DNA of 63,315 bases, filler included, from Intoshia linei (GCA_001642005.1; 6 parts of 6 records of this genome joined end to end with filler, not necessarily neighbours in it), one strand, 5' to 3'; shown: positions 12,735 through 27,017, counted from the whole stretch's first letter. Translations and numbers: made by a program. The notes: generated by a model not told the origin, from the letters alone.

Positions 12735-14019
12735 GTTTATGTACTATTAATCATTAAGCTTATTTTTCCATTTTGATAGTTTTGAATAAAGTTTAAATTG
12801 ATAAATTTTTTATGATGAATATTTTTTAATTTCGAATAATTCCAAATTATTATCTGTATACAATACAATTATTCAAATTATTAAAAAGGTTGTTTATAAA
12901 ATATAACCTAACACTGGCATTTTGGTGTAAAGATATACTGAATTAAAACAGCATTCTCAATTTGGCGATAAGAAAATTGATATACACCATGTATAATTTG
13001 ATATCAAAAATAAATGATGTATGGAATTAATTACAGAATTGTAATTAATAGTAATGTTAGAAAGATGCCAAGTTTAGCTAAAAACCATTTAGTGGAGGGT
13101 TGGCATTGCTGAGAAAAATATTAATAGTTTAAAATTTTATTATAGTAAAAAGTTAAAAAATTTGGTACGTTGTGCGGGCCTTCAAATTTCTAAATGAAAT
13201 TTTGTGACCTCACCTCCACTTTGTCTGGAGATACCTGACATATACATGTATATTTGGCCTGATAGGATCTACCCAATTCAAGGCCACTGAAAATCAAAAA
13301 TAGGTTCTATGAAAGTTTTAGACCAACGATTACAGTGTGATATAGCCCTATTCACCTCTCCAAGGCTTTGACTTGATATTTTACACACAAAATAGTTGAT
13401 ATTCAAGAATATATTTTTTTAGTAGACACTTTGGAATAATTATTTTCCTTGCTACGATAGATTAGACACTTAGATTTTTTGCATATTCATGGTAAATAAC
13501 CACTTATTAAAATGTCATCCTAAGTCAGGTGTGGCCAACCTATAGCGAATTACGTGATTCGAGGTAGCGCAATGCCAATTTTTATAAATTAAAATTTTAA
13601 GTAGGATTGATTTTCTTTCAGTAATCCGTGATAGTCGAGAAATAACCTGATAACTTTCCGAATCTACTGGAAAATCCGTTCACCTTATATTTTTTATCAT
13701 TCATCTACCGGCACTTTAATAATCTCTATTTACTTATTAATTAAGTCTATATGAATGTTTATTATATTTCTTGAAAAACATTATACTCTTAGTGACGCAT
13801 TTAAATCCAAATATTGAAAAACTGGCCCAATCAAAATACCCTAAAAGTGTCATTAATGAAGGACCACTACACCAGTGGTTCCCAAATGGGGTATATATAA
13901 GCACTATGTAAATATTTATAACTGAACAAGTTATTCTTATAAGACGAGTTTGTACTGAGAAAGATGTATTCCACTATACAATAATGTAATACATTTCAAA
14001 TTAATATTAGGGTAAAACT

Positions 14020-15810
14020 TTATTTAGAAAACATAGAATGCATATACGCTGCAACTCTTTTAGCAGTATCATCAGCAGTTGGTACATCATCTAAATAATG
14101 ACAAATTTATTATGAAGGATTTCATTTAAAATTTAAATCAATTAGTAAATTACCCGATGTGTACAATTTATCGGTATTTTGGTTTTCTTTAGGATTGTAT
14201 CCATCTAAAAAGAAATAAAAATTTAGCTAATGAAATAAATACTATGTTTATTTATATATGAAGTTTCTGCATTATTAAAACCATAAGTTTTTGATTTATA
14301 TGAATTATTTTCAAGGCCATAGGTATTATTCTCATCGTATTTATTTTGTAATTTTTTTTTATAACTGTAATTATCAGTTTGATAGTTATTGTTCCAGCTT
14401 TCATCGTGATGTTTTTGAGGTTTATCATTATGTACATTATCAAAATCAAACGAATAATTTTTATTATAATTATCATATCCTTCATTCTTTTTATGTATTA
14501 ACGAATCATTTACATCTTCTAAATCTTCATCAATCCATAATTGACTATCAGTTGTAGTTTCTTTTGGATCAATGATAGATTCATCGCTTTCATCAGCCCA
14601 ACCAATGACACCACTGTTGCTTTCATCCTTTTTTTCTGTAGATTCCAATTTTTTCGAAATATTTTTATTGTCATTAACATTATCATGTACAACTAATTCA
14701 TTCATGATAAGATCGTTTTCGTCCATCCAGTTGTTAAGCATATAATCATTATCAATGTTTTTATCAGCAGTATTATCACATTCGTTTTTTATAGATTTTT
14801 CATCTAAATTGATCGAATTTTCACAATGACCATTGGTTAACGATATTTCATTATCATTTTCCGGAGTTTTTTCGTCGATAAAAGAGCTAACGTCATATTT
14901 TATACCTAAATCATCTTCAATGGTTTTGTTAGTATCAATAAAATCGTCATCATCCGATTCATATTCATTCACCAAATTAGCACATTCATAGTTTGATGAG
15001 CTATTTACATCTTTTTCTTTATTAAGATAAATATCTGAATTTATTGGAGCATATAATAGAATCTTTGATTTTTCTTTCTCTTCACATGCTAGAATTGATT
15101 CAGAATGTTTAAATTCACTTTTTTCATTGTGAACAATTTCATTGGAGTTTTCTGGACTATTACAAGATATTAATTCTTTTATCGGGGATTCATTATTAGA
15201 TGAATTCTGATCAACTTTAATGAGAGCGTTTATAGAATTTGGCTGTGTTTTCGCATCTTTAATTAGTTCAGGTAAATCAGATGTCACATTATTTTTGGAT
15301 AAATCATTTTGTTTTTTACATTCATCTTTGAAGATGAAATCATCTAATGTATTCATTTCGTTATTAATGTCACATTCATCATCGTTCTAAATATATAAAT
15401 GAATTAACTTTCAATCTTACTGATAATAATTCACAATCAGACACATTGGCGGTACTTTTCTTATCGGTTTGTTGGTCTCCACTATTTATATTTGAATTAT
15501 TTTCTTCACTTTTCGATGTTGTGGAAATAGTGTCAACTTTACATGCATATCTAAAATAAATATATTTAAAATCTTTGTTGATATACCTAGATTTTAAAGT
15601 ATCCAAATAAGAAATGAATTTTTCAAATGTTTCATATCCATGTACTTTAAAATCAAATTTTTTTTTAAATGAACTTTCATACCATTCTAATTATCACAAT
15701 AGTCAACATTTTTACATACTCCTTAATTTACCTAGCATATCGTTTTTATATTCAGGTGAATAGTAATACATGGCTAACACAGCAATTTCCATTGAGATTA
15801 TATTTGGCAT
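14020..15810 (-). CDS. hypothetical protein: possible N-terminal LOTUS/OST-HTH-like domain plus long acidic D/E/N-rich disordered region
   Basis: Predicted exons: MPNIISMEIAVLAMYYYSPEYKNDML / EWYESSFKKKFDFKVHGYETFEKFISYLDTLKSR / YACKV.. / 1.1-kb acidic exon / two short exons ending AKRVAAYMHSMFSK*. GT-AG junctions keep the frame; the start is uncertain. Confidence 0.6.
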
Positions 15811-16220
15811 ATCTTAAGTACAATATATCAATAAGATTTTTTTAAAAAAAGCTTCAAATTAAATGCAACGCTAGATAAAACGGGTATATAACTTGACGAT
15901 AATATGCATGTCGCTATGTTAAGTTTCGTTTAACTAAAGTAGTAGAAAAAAATACGTACTATAACTTTTTACATTTATCACCAAATAAACTAAAATTGAT
16001 AGTACCTATTTTTTCTGGGCACTCTAATTAACATGTAAGTTAGACATGGTAATCTTATAAAATGTTTATAGTATTAAAATTTTTTATAGTACAATGCTAA
16101 ATACGAGAGTGAGGTCTTAGCTATTCCAGTACAGTAGAATTAGTACAATTACATTTGTACACTCTGTAGAAGAATTGCATGACTGTACCAAATTGTATTT
16201 GTTTATTTATTGTCGTATAC

Positions 16221-16605
16221 CAGGGATGCGCAACCTGTCAATCGCAGATGATTTTCTAGTCGATCGCCACAATTAGAATTAATTTTTTATTTTAATAATA
16301 CTCGTGATTAAAATGATCTCTATTTTTTTTAATTTATTGATAAAATTTAATTGTATTTATACATATTGTTAAAAAGGAGTTAATTATATGTGCAGTGGGT
16401 ACCGGAACTATATTTATTTAAAGTGCTTCGAATTATTCCGAATTTTAATTTTTATGTTTTCTACGATCAATGATTACGATCATCCTTTTTAATTGTTAAC
16501 ATATATTCCGATCAGAAACATTTTTCTAGTCAATGTATTAGTCGATCGCCACTCAGTGAAAAATTTTAAAGTTGATCGAATCAAAAAAAGGTTGGGCACC
16601 CCCTG
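16221..16605. mobile_element. hAT-like MITE
   Basis: Imperfect TIR CAGGGATGCGCAACCT / AGGTTGGGCACCCCCTG; TSD tcgtatac/tcgtatat. Confidence 0.75.
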
Positions 16606-16935
16606 TCGTATATCATTGATGGAACAGTCAAAATTTAAATAAAAGTTCAGTTCAAATATAATTAACTTAGAAATTGTAAATTAGAATTACAAACTATAAA
16701 TAAACTTTACAATTTAGCAAGAACAAGTTAAATGTTAAATTTAGTGAGAATTCTTTTGTTTCATTAGTTATTATGATAACATCAATTTACTTTCTATTAC
16801 GAGTATTTCAATAGAAACCCGGCCTATTCTATGAATAACTTAGAATATATAATGTTCTCGGAATGTTCAATGTAAATTCACTCTTCGAGTTCATGCATTC
16901 TGCCAAACTCGTATTGTAAAGTGAATAATTTATAT

Positions 16936-17590
16936 CAGGCGTTCTCAACGTGGGCCACATAGAATTTTTGGTGGGCCACAGAAAATTTTTAACATTAAAA
17001 AAAATTTGGTGTATTAAGCGATAAAATTGCTAACCAAAACAAAATCTATAAATTACATAATGAATTTGAAATATAAATTTGGAATTATGGTTTACAGATC
17101 TTCAAAACTTTAAACCAGATGATAAAACCAGTCCTGAACTAACTGAAAAACTGTTGGACTTTAAAAAAAATTTGAAATTAGTAAGACGAATAGAAAACGA
17201 ATGTGTATTGGATTTATGGGAATTCAAGAATCAAATCCAACTGTGTTTGATTATGTTTAACCAAGCATTATTGCTTTTCCTACAACATGGCTTGTAGAAG
17301 CTGGATTTTCAGCAGTGGTCGATATTTTTAGTAAGAAGAGGTCAAAATTGAATGTGAACAACCGAGGAATAATGCGATTAAGATTGAATAAACTAATAGA
17401 AATTGATTATGATTCATTGTGCTACAAACACCAATCCCAAGGCAATCACTAACTAGTATAAATTTAAATTTACTTGTTGATTATTATTTTTTAACTTTTC
17501 TTGATACATTAAAATTTAAATAAATAAAGAATGTTACTGTAAATAAAAGTAGATATTTTAAGGTTTTTTTAAAGTGGGCCATGGAATTTT
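16936..17590 (+). mobile_element. internally deleted hAT (Buster/Charlie-like) element with disrupted transposase C-terminus (~17079-17452)
   Basis: Starts CAGGCGTTCTCAAC. After a frameshift and stop it reads AFPTTWLVEAGFSAVVDIFSKKRSKLNVNNRGIMRLRL..HQSQGNH*, the Buster-type dimerisation-domain end. Confidence 0.8.
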
Positions 17591-17609
17591 AGGCAAAACT
17601 TTTTTAGGC

Positions 17610-17694
17610 ATTTTTTGCTGTGCATATCATGGAATACACAGACGCGTGAAGTGAAATTGCTGTGTATAGTATAGATTACACAGACAGTGAAAGG
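17610..17694. mobile_element. piggyBac-like MITE end
   Basis: Ends GACAGTGAAAGGG|TTAA; the subterminal gtgtata..aatacacaga repeats are shared with 24590-24669. Confidence 0.55.
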
Positions 17695-18673
17695 GTTAAA
17701 AATAATATCAAATTAGAATACTATTATGTATTATACTACAAATGTTTATTAATTAGATCATTTATTATTATTAGTGAACGTAAACATCATTTTATCAAAA
17801 TCAAGTGAAAATTTACTGAATAACGAATAATTTTTACGTGCGTTAAATTTAATCTAGGTAACGATTTAACTTAGTTCGATTGTAGTTTCCGGAACCGAAC
17901 GTAGCAAGCTCCCCGCCACTCCAAAAATGAAAAATTTGAAAACGAAATGTAATGTCATAATCCTATCCTCCTTTCTAAGACTCTTGAGTTGACATTCTAA
18001 ATTTTATACTCAAATTATGATATTTAAGAATTTTTTAATGCTTATTTAGTGAATTAAAGCCTCCATTTTAAAAAAAATTCGTCGAAATCTCTCAGTTCGT
18101 TCGTTATATGTGGTAACCGTTTTGAAATGGTATGATAACATTACAGATGATATGATACAGATACCAATAATATCTGTTTTGACATACTACAATTAGTGTT
18201 GCCAATTTATCGAAATATTTTTATTGATAAAGATATCGATTTGATATACTTTTGACACTGTTTGTAATCTAATAATTTATTATGCTCTGGTTTGAAAGAA
18301 ACTAAAGCATTGAAAACCTCTGGCGAAACATAAGTTCTTTGTTTAGTTATATCATGTCCAGTTATTGAGAACACTCTCTCAGTCTTACAACTGGTTGGTT
18401 TAATTGTAACCAGTGCAATATAAATTTTATCAAGAGTACAGTGGAGATTATTTATAGTGACACAGTTTTATTATGTGTATTATAATTACGGTTTTTTTAT
18501 TTCGATTAAAATGAATCGATAAATTTATCGAAACTCTTTTATCGATTGTCAACATTAATTAATAACACTAATAATTAGGTTATAATCGGTTTAACATAAG
18601 CAAAGGTAGAATCGGGTGGGTTGTAATTTCCATTTTGTGTAATTGCATCAATCTAGTACTGATGTGTTCTCAA

Positions 18674-18911
18674 CAGGTCGTGGAGAGCCAGAAGTAGGCC
18701 AGGCCAAATGGAAATTAGAAACCCTATAAAAAAATTAAAAATATGGGACCTCTATACATTGTACATTGCTAATCGACAATTCATTATCAAAGCATTGATT
18801 ATCGAAATTTTGGTATACTTAAGACAACCTTATCTATGAATAAATTTATAAAGTAGGCCCCTCATGATTATACGCCCAGGACATATGACCCTATTCCTCT
18901 CTACGATCCTG
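18674..18911. mobile_element. hAT-like MITE with perfect TSD
   Basis: TIR CAGGTCGTGGAGAG / CTCTCTACGATCCTG; perfect 8-bp TSD gttctcaa. Confidence 0.8.
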
Positions 18912-19139
18912 GTTCTCAATACAGGTAATTTATACATTGAATTTATTCAAACGACCAAGTAATGCGACGATATATTCTCATGATACATTTCGACGTGAGT
19001 GATTTGTTTTTAAATATATTGCCAATTTTTTGAAATGATTTATTTATGAAAAATTAAAGAAATGTATATAAATTTTTATTTGAAAATTTTAAGTTGTAAT
19101 TATATTAAAATCAAAAAGCTTAAAAAATATTTGGCATAA

Positions 19140-21988
19140 TTATGTAATCTCATTGTGTAATGTTGCATTTGGTTTATATTTTTTATTTAGAAATGGAGAA
19201 TCGTTTTCATTGTACATTTTTCTTTTAGATAAATGGCTTGATATGTTAAATTTACTATCTAAATGAGATAGTTTTCGAGTTGATTGACAAGTGTGTGAAA
19301 TTATCATATTAAAGGTATTATATTGATCATTGCATTTGCTGCACGTAATTTTAAGCAGATTGAGTGGATTTTTAATCAAGTCAAATTGATTGTCATCAGT
19401 AATAACATTAACTGACGAATGATTCACATTACGCTCATCACATTTTATTCTGCTTATTTCACTTGAAGAAAGAGTTGAACTAAGTGTTTTATAGGATAAA
19501 TCTAGAGCTTCTTCTTTGACTTCATCTATTATGGAATTGGAATTTTGGCTATTAATTCTTAAATGTGACATATTCAATCTGTTGATCATCGTGTTCCACT
19601 GAATATTATTTTCCAAGTTTTTTAGATAAACATTTTTTTGTATAACAGCATTTTCTATATACGCCTCTAATACAGAGAACTTGGTAATTTTGTTTTTAGT
19701 TGATCTTTTTTTAATTGGCCACGATTTGATACAATTTGTTCCTTCTGATCGTAAAATAATTATATTTCCATCGTCTCCAATAAAAAAATTTGGTCGATGT
19801 TTGCACATTAATCCTTTCGACTAAATTGAAAATATTTATATTAAAATTAATTTTAAAGTTACCCCACAAGTAGGACATGTTTCAGAACTAAAATGTGATT
19901 TCAAATGAGATTTTAACATTGATTTATTCACACAATCATATGTGCAGGATGGGCATTTGAACGGTTTCATATGGAAATGGTTTCTAGTATGGTATTCAAG
20001 ATGATGTTTATGTTCAGTTAGAAAAGGACAGATTGCGCAAAATATAATCTTTTCCTTTTCCATGTGAATCACAGAATGGTGCCACATGTCGATCTAAAAT
20101 TTTAAATTAGTTTTTATTTTTTTAATGAATATAGTAAAAATTACCTTTGTTGAAAATTTGCTTTTACAAATTCGGCACTGAAAAATTTTACTTTTTGATG
20201 CTTGACGATTTTTATTTGTCCATGTTTCATATTCGGTTTCACCCAATTCTGTAATTATTATGGATCTGATAGATTCCATAACATCACATGTTTGATGATT
20301 AAAATATTGACGAAACAATTTCTTGTCCATTAGAAGCCATTCACTTTTAGTGAAATATTTACGATCTAAATTTTAATTATTTCTAAATATTCCAATATAT
20401 CATTTAAAAAAGGCCATCGCAGAATTGGTAAATAATACAAATAACCTTAATTATATCTCTGGAGATCAACAGAATGTCCATTTCTTAAACCATGAATATA
20501 CTAGTTAAGTCTACTTTTTTAAACACGTATCTACCAGCTAGTAAATATACGATTCCTCGGATAAACCAATGAAAAAATTGTCTTGTCTGTAACTATTCAC
20601 AATATCACTTTAAAAGTTGATAATTCCTTGCCTAAGGTTGTTGTCGAGGTGTGGTATTCAGTGACAAAAAATTAAAATATGAATATTAGGTGAACTGGTG
20701 CATTATAATTATATAGAATTGGTAGGATTTTTTTATTTCTATACAAAATTTAAGTTTGTTTTGGTTTAATCTATTCATTCGGTAGTACATGCATCCTAAG
20801 TTAGGACTCCTAACATTACGTAAAAATAAATTTTGAATTGTAAAAATAAGTTGACACAAATAACACGTATGTACTGTATGAATTTAACAAATTTATTTGT
20901 GATCTCGTGGGTTATAATTTGATAATTTGATATACATTTAAAATTTATGTTTCGATATTATTTATTTATATAATGTAATATAAAATTTTAATAAGATATA
21001 TTTTAGTACTTATTAATCGCCAAATGAAATGGGCATGTAGTGCAGTAATTCCTAATTGAAATATTGTACGGCGCCCCATTTCAAAATATTTATTTTTTTG
21101 GACATCAAAGAACGCATGAAATATAAAACATTTATGAAAAAATTAAAGCTTTTTTTTTTTCAAAAAAATATTGGAAAGGGGGATTTTATTACGTTTTCGA
21201 TTAGGAAGTTGTTGCTCATAGATTTTGTAAAGTCAAATTTTTCAAAACAATATTGAAAAAAGAGGATATTTCCTTGAATTGAAAGATTGTTGCTAAAATT
21301 GGATTTTTATTTTAGGGTTGGAATAAGAGGTGTTTCTGATTATATTTCATAGAATTGTGTTTTTCTAAAAAATATTGGAAAAAGAGGATTTTACAAAAAT
21401 ATATCGGTAAAAGTCGATTTTCTTCTGAGGGTTTAAATATGTATTTTATTTTAAATTTTATTAATGGTGAGATAAAAGTGAGATTTTGAAATAATAATGT
21501 ACCGGTCATATAGGTTTTGGGATACATTGCCAACATTTGGAAAATCTGTAATAAATATTTAAAATTCTCCTATAAAAATAAACAAAAGGTGATAAAATTT
21601 TTTTATATTTTATTTAAATCACAGGAATGTAGTTTTGGATCCAGGGATCCCATCTGGAACCACTGCTGTAGTGCTATTTGAATAAATTGCATCTCAATAG
21701 AACAAAAATACCCAGTATACATTAAAAATATAAATATGGCATTTTTTCATAAAATAATGTTATTACATGACTTAATATATACATTTACCTTTTATAACAG
21801 AATATTTTTGAAAATAATTGATCCATTTCGATCGAGGAATAAAATAATTTTCGTGATATGTTGGGTGCTTTTGAGTAATTAAATTTTGCGAGGTATTCCA
21901 TTTAACAGGAAAAGAACACTGCTTTTGTATTGGTACATTCATATGTAAAGGAATAGGCGTGTGTAGAATTGAATCTTCAAGGTAGGAT
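19140..21988 (-). CDS. hb: Hunchback zinc-finger transcription factor (divergent; first exon uncertain)
   Basis: Exons 21790-21988, 20144-20365, 19863-20093 and 19140-19820 splice in frame: [74 protein letters not shown] and VNKSMLxSH are Hunchback signatures. Confidence 0.9.
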
Positions 21989-23364
21989 CTAATTTTAAAT
22001 TGAATGATTTAAATATCAATTTTACTTAATCATTTATTTTTATTAAAATTTAACAGTTGAATCTTTTTGAAAATATTATATGTATATTAACCAGCGTACA
22101 AACATTTAATATTAAAAAAAATGTAATTTAAAATTATTTGTAAAGTAAATAGACATAATAAATTATTTTATTTTTTCTATTTGGCTTTACAGAATACACC
22201 TTAACATGCACACTTTTGCATGTTTACATTTATATAATTTTCACAGCCTTTAAAGTATTTATTATTGAAATGTGGTTCATGTTGTAATTATAAACTTTAC
22301 ATTAGTAACTTATAAATTTTAAAAAATTGATATGTTAATTTTTATGGTAATATTCTTATACGCGTATTTACATACATATATTAAAAAATATTTATGTTAA
22401 ATTTTAAATATTTTTTAAAATAAATTCAATAATTTGAAATTAAAATTGGTGCATTACATGATTCCCAACGTTAAAGTAATATTGTTCATTTAGATATTAA
22501 TATTACCATTTCAATCGTATCAAAGGTATGTTTAATTATGCAAATTATATTGAAAATTAAATACCACGATAATTAATTTATAAAATGTACTTTTAAGACA
22601 ATCACGCAATATGCAATAACAAATAAAATTAGTACTGGGGTATAAATATTTCTTAATTTTAGATTACATATTCATATCGGAATGAATCTCCAGCTAAAGA
22701 AATTGTCAAGTGGGATCGTTAAAAAGGGTAATGGAATGCATTAATGCAACATTAATATAAATTTAATTTCATTTTACAATATACATATTTTCTAGTTAAT
22801 TTTTTAGAGGTAAATAAACATTGGCAAATAAATTGTGCAACACAATTATAGTGATATTACTATCGTAAATGTAAAATTATGCAAATACGAAATGATAGCG
22901 TTAATATAACCATTATGGTTAAATTATGTGAATTTTGTGTTATATCAATCGCAGCATCACTTATCTTTTGGGTTTAAAATTGTTGGGTTATAATTTTTAT
23001 ACTAAAACATTCGTATTCTAATTAATCCAACTTTTACAGAAGTACCAATTTTAACTTTAAAAAGGCACACATTTATAATGATTAATAAATAGAATTGATA
23101 TCACTTCATTTACATTTCATCATGTAGATTTTTCATAAGATTTATTTTTTTCAATTAAAATTCATAAATCCGTAGAGTTTATGAGAGTAGAGAGAATTTT
23201 ATGAAATTAGATTTTATCCCTAAAATTGTCTAATTGATAATAAATAATAAATAAAATTATATACATAAACGTCAAGATGTATTCACTTTGTATTTATTTG
23301 TTTAATTTTTTAATGACTCATGTTGTGAAAAATTATCGCCAACATAATTAAACAAAATTATACA

Positions 23365-24232
23365 AAAAGAGAAAATTTTTTCTTATATATATTTCTTTAT
23401 TGGAAATGTGTAAACGTTCAATGCACATTTTTTTGATATTGTAGGATCAATATTTACATTTTCAATTTTTATTTTAATCAAAATATTTGTAAAATATTGG
23501 TTAATAATATATTAAAAATTATTTTTCACCAGAGAATGCGTAGATTTCTGGGGTAAAATTTTGTATTTATATCAACTGGAAGAAGCTCTATCAAAATAAT
23601 CTCTTTTTTTTGATTTTCGGACCGGTAATTATTTCATATTTTTTGTTTTAATAAAATATTTCAGAAAAAAAATATATGAAAACTAAAATGCTTTTTTGAC
23701 CATGAAGGTGTCACTTATTCAGATTGAAATTTTTTGTGTGTCTTAACAGGATACAACTGTACTATCCGTAATTTTTTTAAAATTTTAGGGCTCTTTTCAT
23801 TTCAAAAAAATGGTCATGTGTGGTTTTGATCGTGAAAATTATTTTTTTTTCGGGTTTCCATTTATGGTGCTGTTTATGATTTTACCAACTATCCCAGAAT
23901 TTATGTTTAAAAAAAATTTAGGACATGTTTCATTTTTAAAACAAATGGTAATTTGGGGTTTTGACTATGAAGATATGCGATTAACAACAATGTTAATGAT
24001 TTTATAACGCGTCCCAGAATTTAAGTTTTATTAAATTTTTGAGCTGATTTATGTTTCAAATAAAAGAGGAAATTGAGTTTTTTACTCTGAAGTACTCAAA
24101 TTTTGAAATTGAAAAATAGATAAAAACACGTCCAGGGAAAAACTATATTAGAAATTGTGGTTTTAAATGCTACCACTGTCAATGTTTTTAATAAATGGTT
24201 ACACACAGACATTCATTTTTATATAAGTAAAA
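23365..24232 (-). mobile_element. non-autonomous Helitron, 5' portion (subfamily B)
   Basis: Repeat body shared with other copies; ends acacacagacattcatttttatataagtaaa as at 52120-52152. Confidence 0.65.
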
Positions 24233-24457
24233 CATAAGTTAGTTTTTCACAGTAGTAAGGCTTACTAATTATAGAGAAAATTTGAGTAATCTGGTCATTA
24301 ATAATAATGAATTGCATCAAATGTTCGTACTATTGATTTTAGTTGACTATTGATCTGGTCGCATTACATTATTTGAATTAAGAGTTGTTTCTCGTAGGGT
24401 TTGGTAAAATCCAAATATTCCAAAAAATAGCGGAAAAGGATTTTTCCATTAAGTTAA

Positions 24458-24669
24458 CCTTTTCACTGTCCAGTACAATTTTATGTACTATCACTAAGTC
24501 TGGATTTTATGTAAATAAATAAAAATAATTGAAACTTGTATAATTTCAAATTACCAATGTGAAAATAAAAGAATGAAGTGTTTCAAAATTATGATGTGTA
24601 TATCAGAATACACAGAAGTGTGATGAGAAATTGATGTGTATAGTATAGAATACACGGATAGTGAAAGTG
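24458..24669. mobile_element. piggyBac-like MITE
   Basis: TTAA|CCTTTTCACTGTCC ... GGATAGTGAAAGTG|TTAG; consensus TIR CCCTTTCACTGTC taken from the copy ending at 17694. Confidence 0.6.
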
Positions 24670-25592
24670 TTAGTAAAATTTGAATAACACCTTGCTTATA
24701 AGTGATTCTGCCTAAAATTGGCAAAGTAAATTTACCTATTTGTATTATTAATTTTATTGTAAATAATTAAATTGGTAAACTTAATAAATAAAGAAGAAAA
24801 GGTTGATTATAATTTACTAAAATGTGCTATGGCACCCTATGATTCAATGCGAGACCCTAATGAATTTTTTTATATTGATCAGTTGGAATACAAGTCTCAC
24901 GTAGCTAAATTCGACATTTAACGATCAAACAGTTATATCTAAAAGTGGTATGTATTTTATAAACTCTTCGATTATAATTGTATCTAACAGTTGCTATTTA
25001 ATGAACATCAGTATCACAAAAAGCCTATGAAAATAATATAAAACTATAAAAATAGATATTGGTTCTAACTATCATAATTTATAACAATTAACAAATAAAG
25101 GAAAATAAGCCATATATAAAGATTCGTTGTTATTAAATAGCTATAACAATTTAATTAATTTTAACTTTAATTTTATTTTAATAGTTTATGAGAAATATAA
25201 CCAAACAGTATAATTTTTTATTCGATTAATGTAAAATAATAATCTCTGCGTGTATAAAAAGTAAAATAATGTCTTACATGAAATTATATGTAAACAATGT
25301 TCACTGAACAGGTTTATTATTGGAATAGAATTCACGATTTAATCTGAATTAAAATGTCAAAAAAGTTAAAATATTAATTTTGTTAATGGTTAAGAAGTCG
25401 CGGTTATTTGTATTTGTATATAAAAATATAGAAACACACCAAAATGTTAAACTTCACCAATCGCACTATAATTAATAATTAACTTTACTTAAACATTTTT
25501 AAACCATCGAATGGAATTTATATACAAATAAACTTTTTTAAATAATATCTTTAATCATTATTACTAATTATTTTACATATTATATTATTTAT

Positions 25593-26095
25593 AGTTAATT
25601 ATTTCACATTTTTTGTTTTAATAAAATATTTCGAAAAAAAATATGAATACTAAAATGCTTTTTTGACCGTGAAGTCGTCACTTGTTCGGATTCAAATTTT
25701 CTGTGTGTGTTAACAGAATACAAATACAATAATAACATAACAGATACAAATGTACAACCTGTACATTTTTTGAAATTATAGGGCTGTTTTCATTAAAAAA
25801 AGGAGGGTAATTTGGGGCTTTGGCCATGAAGATATTTTTTTAAATTTAAATTTATGATAATGATCCCAATCAGCGTAAATATTTTTTAAAATTCTTCAAC
25901 TCATTTGATTTTTAAAAAGAGGGACAAATGGGGTTTTTGACCCGTAAGATGTGATTTTGGGAAATTGAAATTTATCTTATTATACGTACCGGAAATAACT
26001 GTAATTGAAATGTGGACTTTATAAAATTTTAAGACTGGTAGTTATTTCAATAATGTGGAACACAAACAAAAATAGCGTAGCATATTATATAAGGT
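25593..26095 (-). mobile_element. non-autonomous Helitron, 5' portion
   Basis: Collinear with 31450-32057. Confidence 0.7.
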
Positions 26096-26502
26096 ATATA
26101 GTATAATGTAGTATATTTATTTTGGACAAGTTAATTTTACATAGATATATCTTAAAACCTGTACGTTAATACAAATGTAATGACTTTACGAGCTTTTTAC
26201 TAATATTAATGGATATTTCAATGTAAAAATTTCCGAAGCCAAACTATCGAAATATATCAAAAATATACAAAATATATAGGGCCCTCCTTGTAGGACCCAC
26301 GGCTCTAACCATGACTAACATTTTTTAAGTTTGTGTTAAAGTAAATGAGTATTAACAATTATACCTTATTCCTTTATTGTACATTAGAATTAAATTAATT
26401 GTACATTAGTTATAAAATTAAAAAATAAATGATTTAAATTTATATAAAAAATAAGACAATTTTTGTATAAATAAGAGTTAATAATTTAAAATATATATTA
26501 AA

Positions 26503-27017
26503 TTATTTGGTGCATACAGACTTGATAAATGTTTGAATAAATTTGTTATTTTTTAAAGTGTTTTTTAAGTTTTCCAGCTTGTCCATTTGATTTTCATTAC
26601 CATTGTATTGTTTAACTTCAATTAAAGCATTTTTTAGTGAGGCTAATCCATTCTAAACAAAAATGAATTATTTATAATTTGTAATAAAAATAATTGCAAT
26701 ACTTTACATACAATTATATAATATACAGTTATAAATTTTAAAAAAACCTTTTTAACAGATTTATTCATTGTTGTAGGCAAATAATGAAAACTAGTGAGTT
26801 TTTTATTAGCCATCTAAAAAATATAATAAATTTATTTAAAAAAAGATCAAAACCTCTATAACGTTATCAGGAAATTTTACTAATTTTGCCACATTAATCC
26901 CAAAACTATCACTTGAAACACCCTCTTTTAATTTATATAATAAAGTAAATTGATCATTTGCAGTAATGGCATTCATGTAATAATTTTTAATTTCAGGGAT
27001 TTCTTGATGCATACACC
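26503..27017 (-). CDS. MSH2: MutS homolog MSH2-like, last three exons only
   Basis: IPEIKNYYMNAITANDQFTLLYKLKEGVSSDSFGINVAKLVNFPDNVIE / MANKKLTSF.. / NGLASL..NNKFIQ..* matches the MSH2 C-terminus ([51 protein letters not shown]). Confidence 0.75.

Noticed and set aside
14252-14557. ORFs 14252-14485(-) and 14291-14557(+)
   Set aside because: Shadow frames of the low-complexity 377-aa exon.
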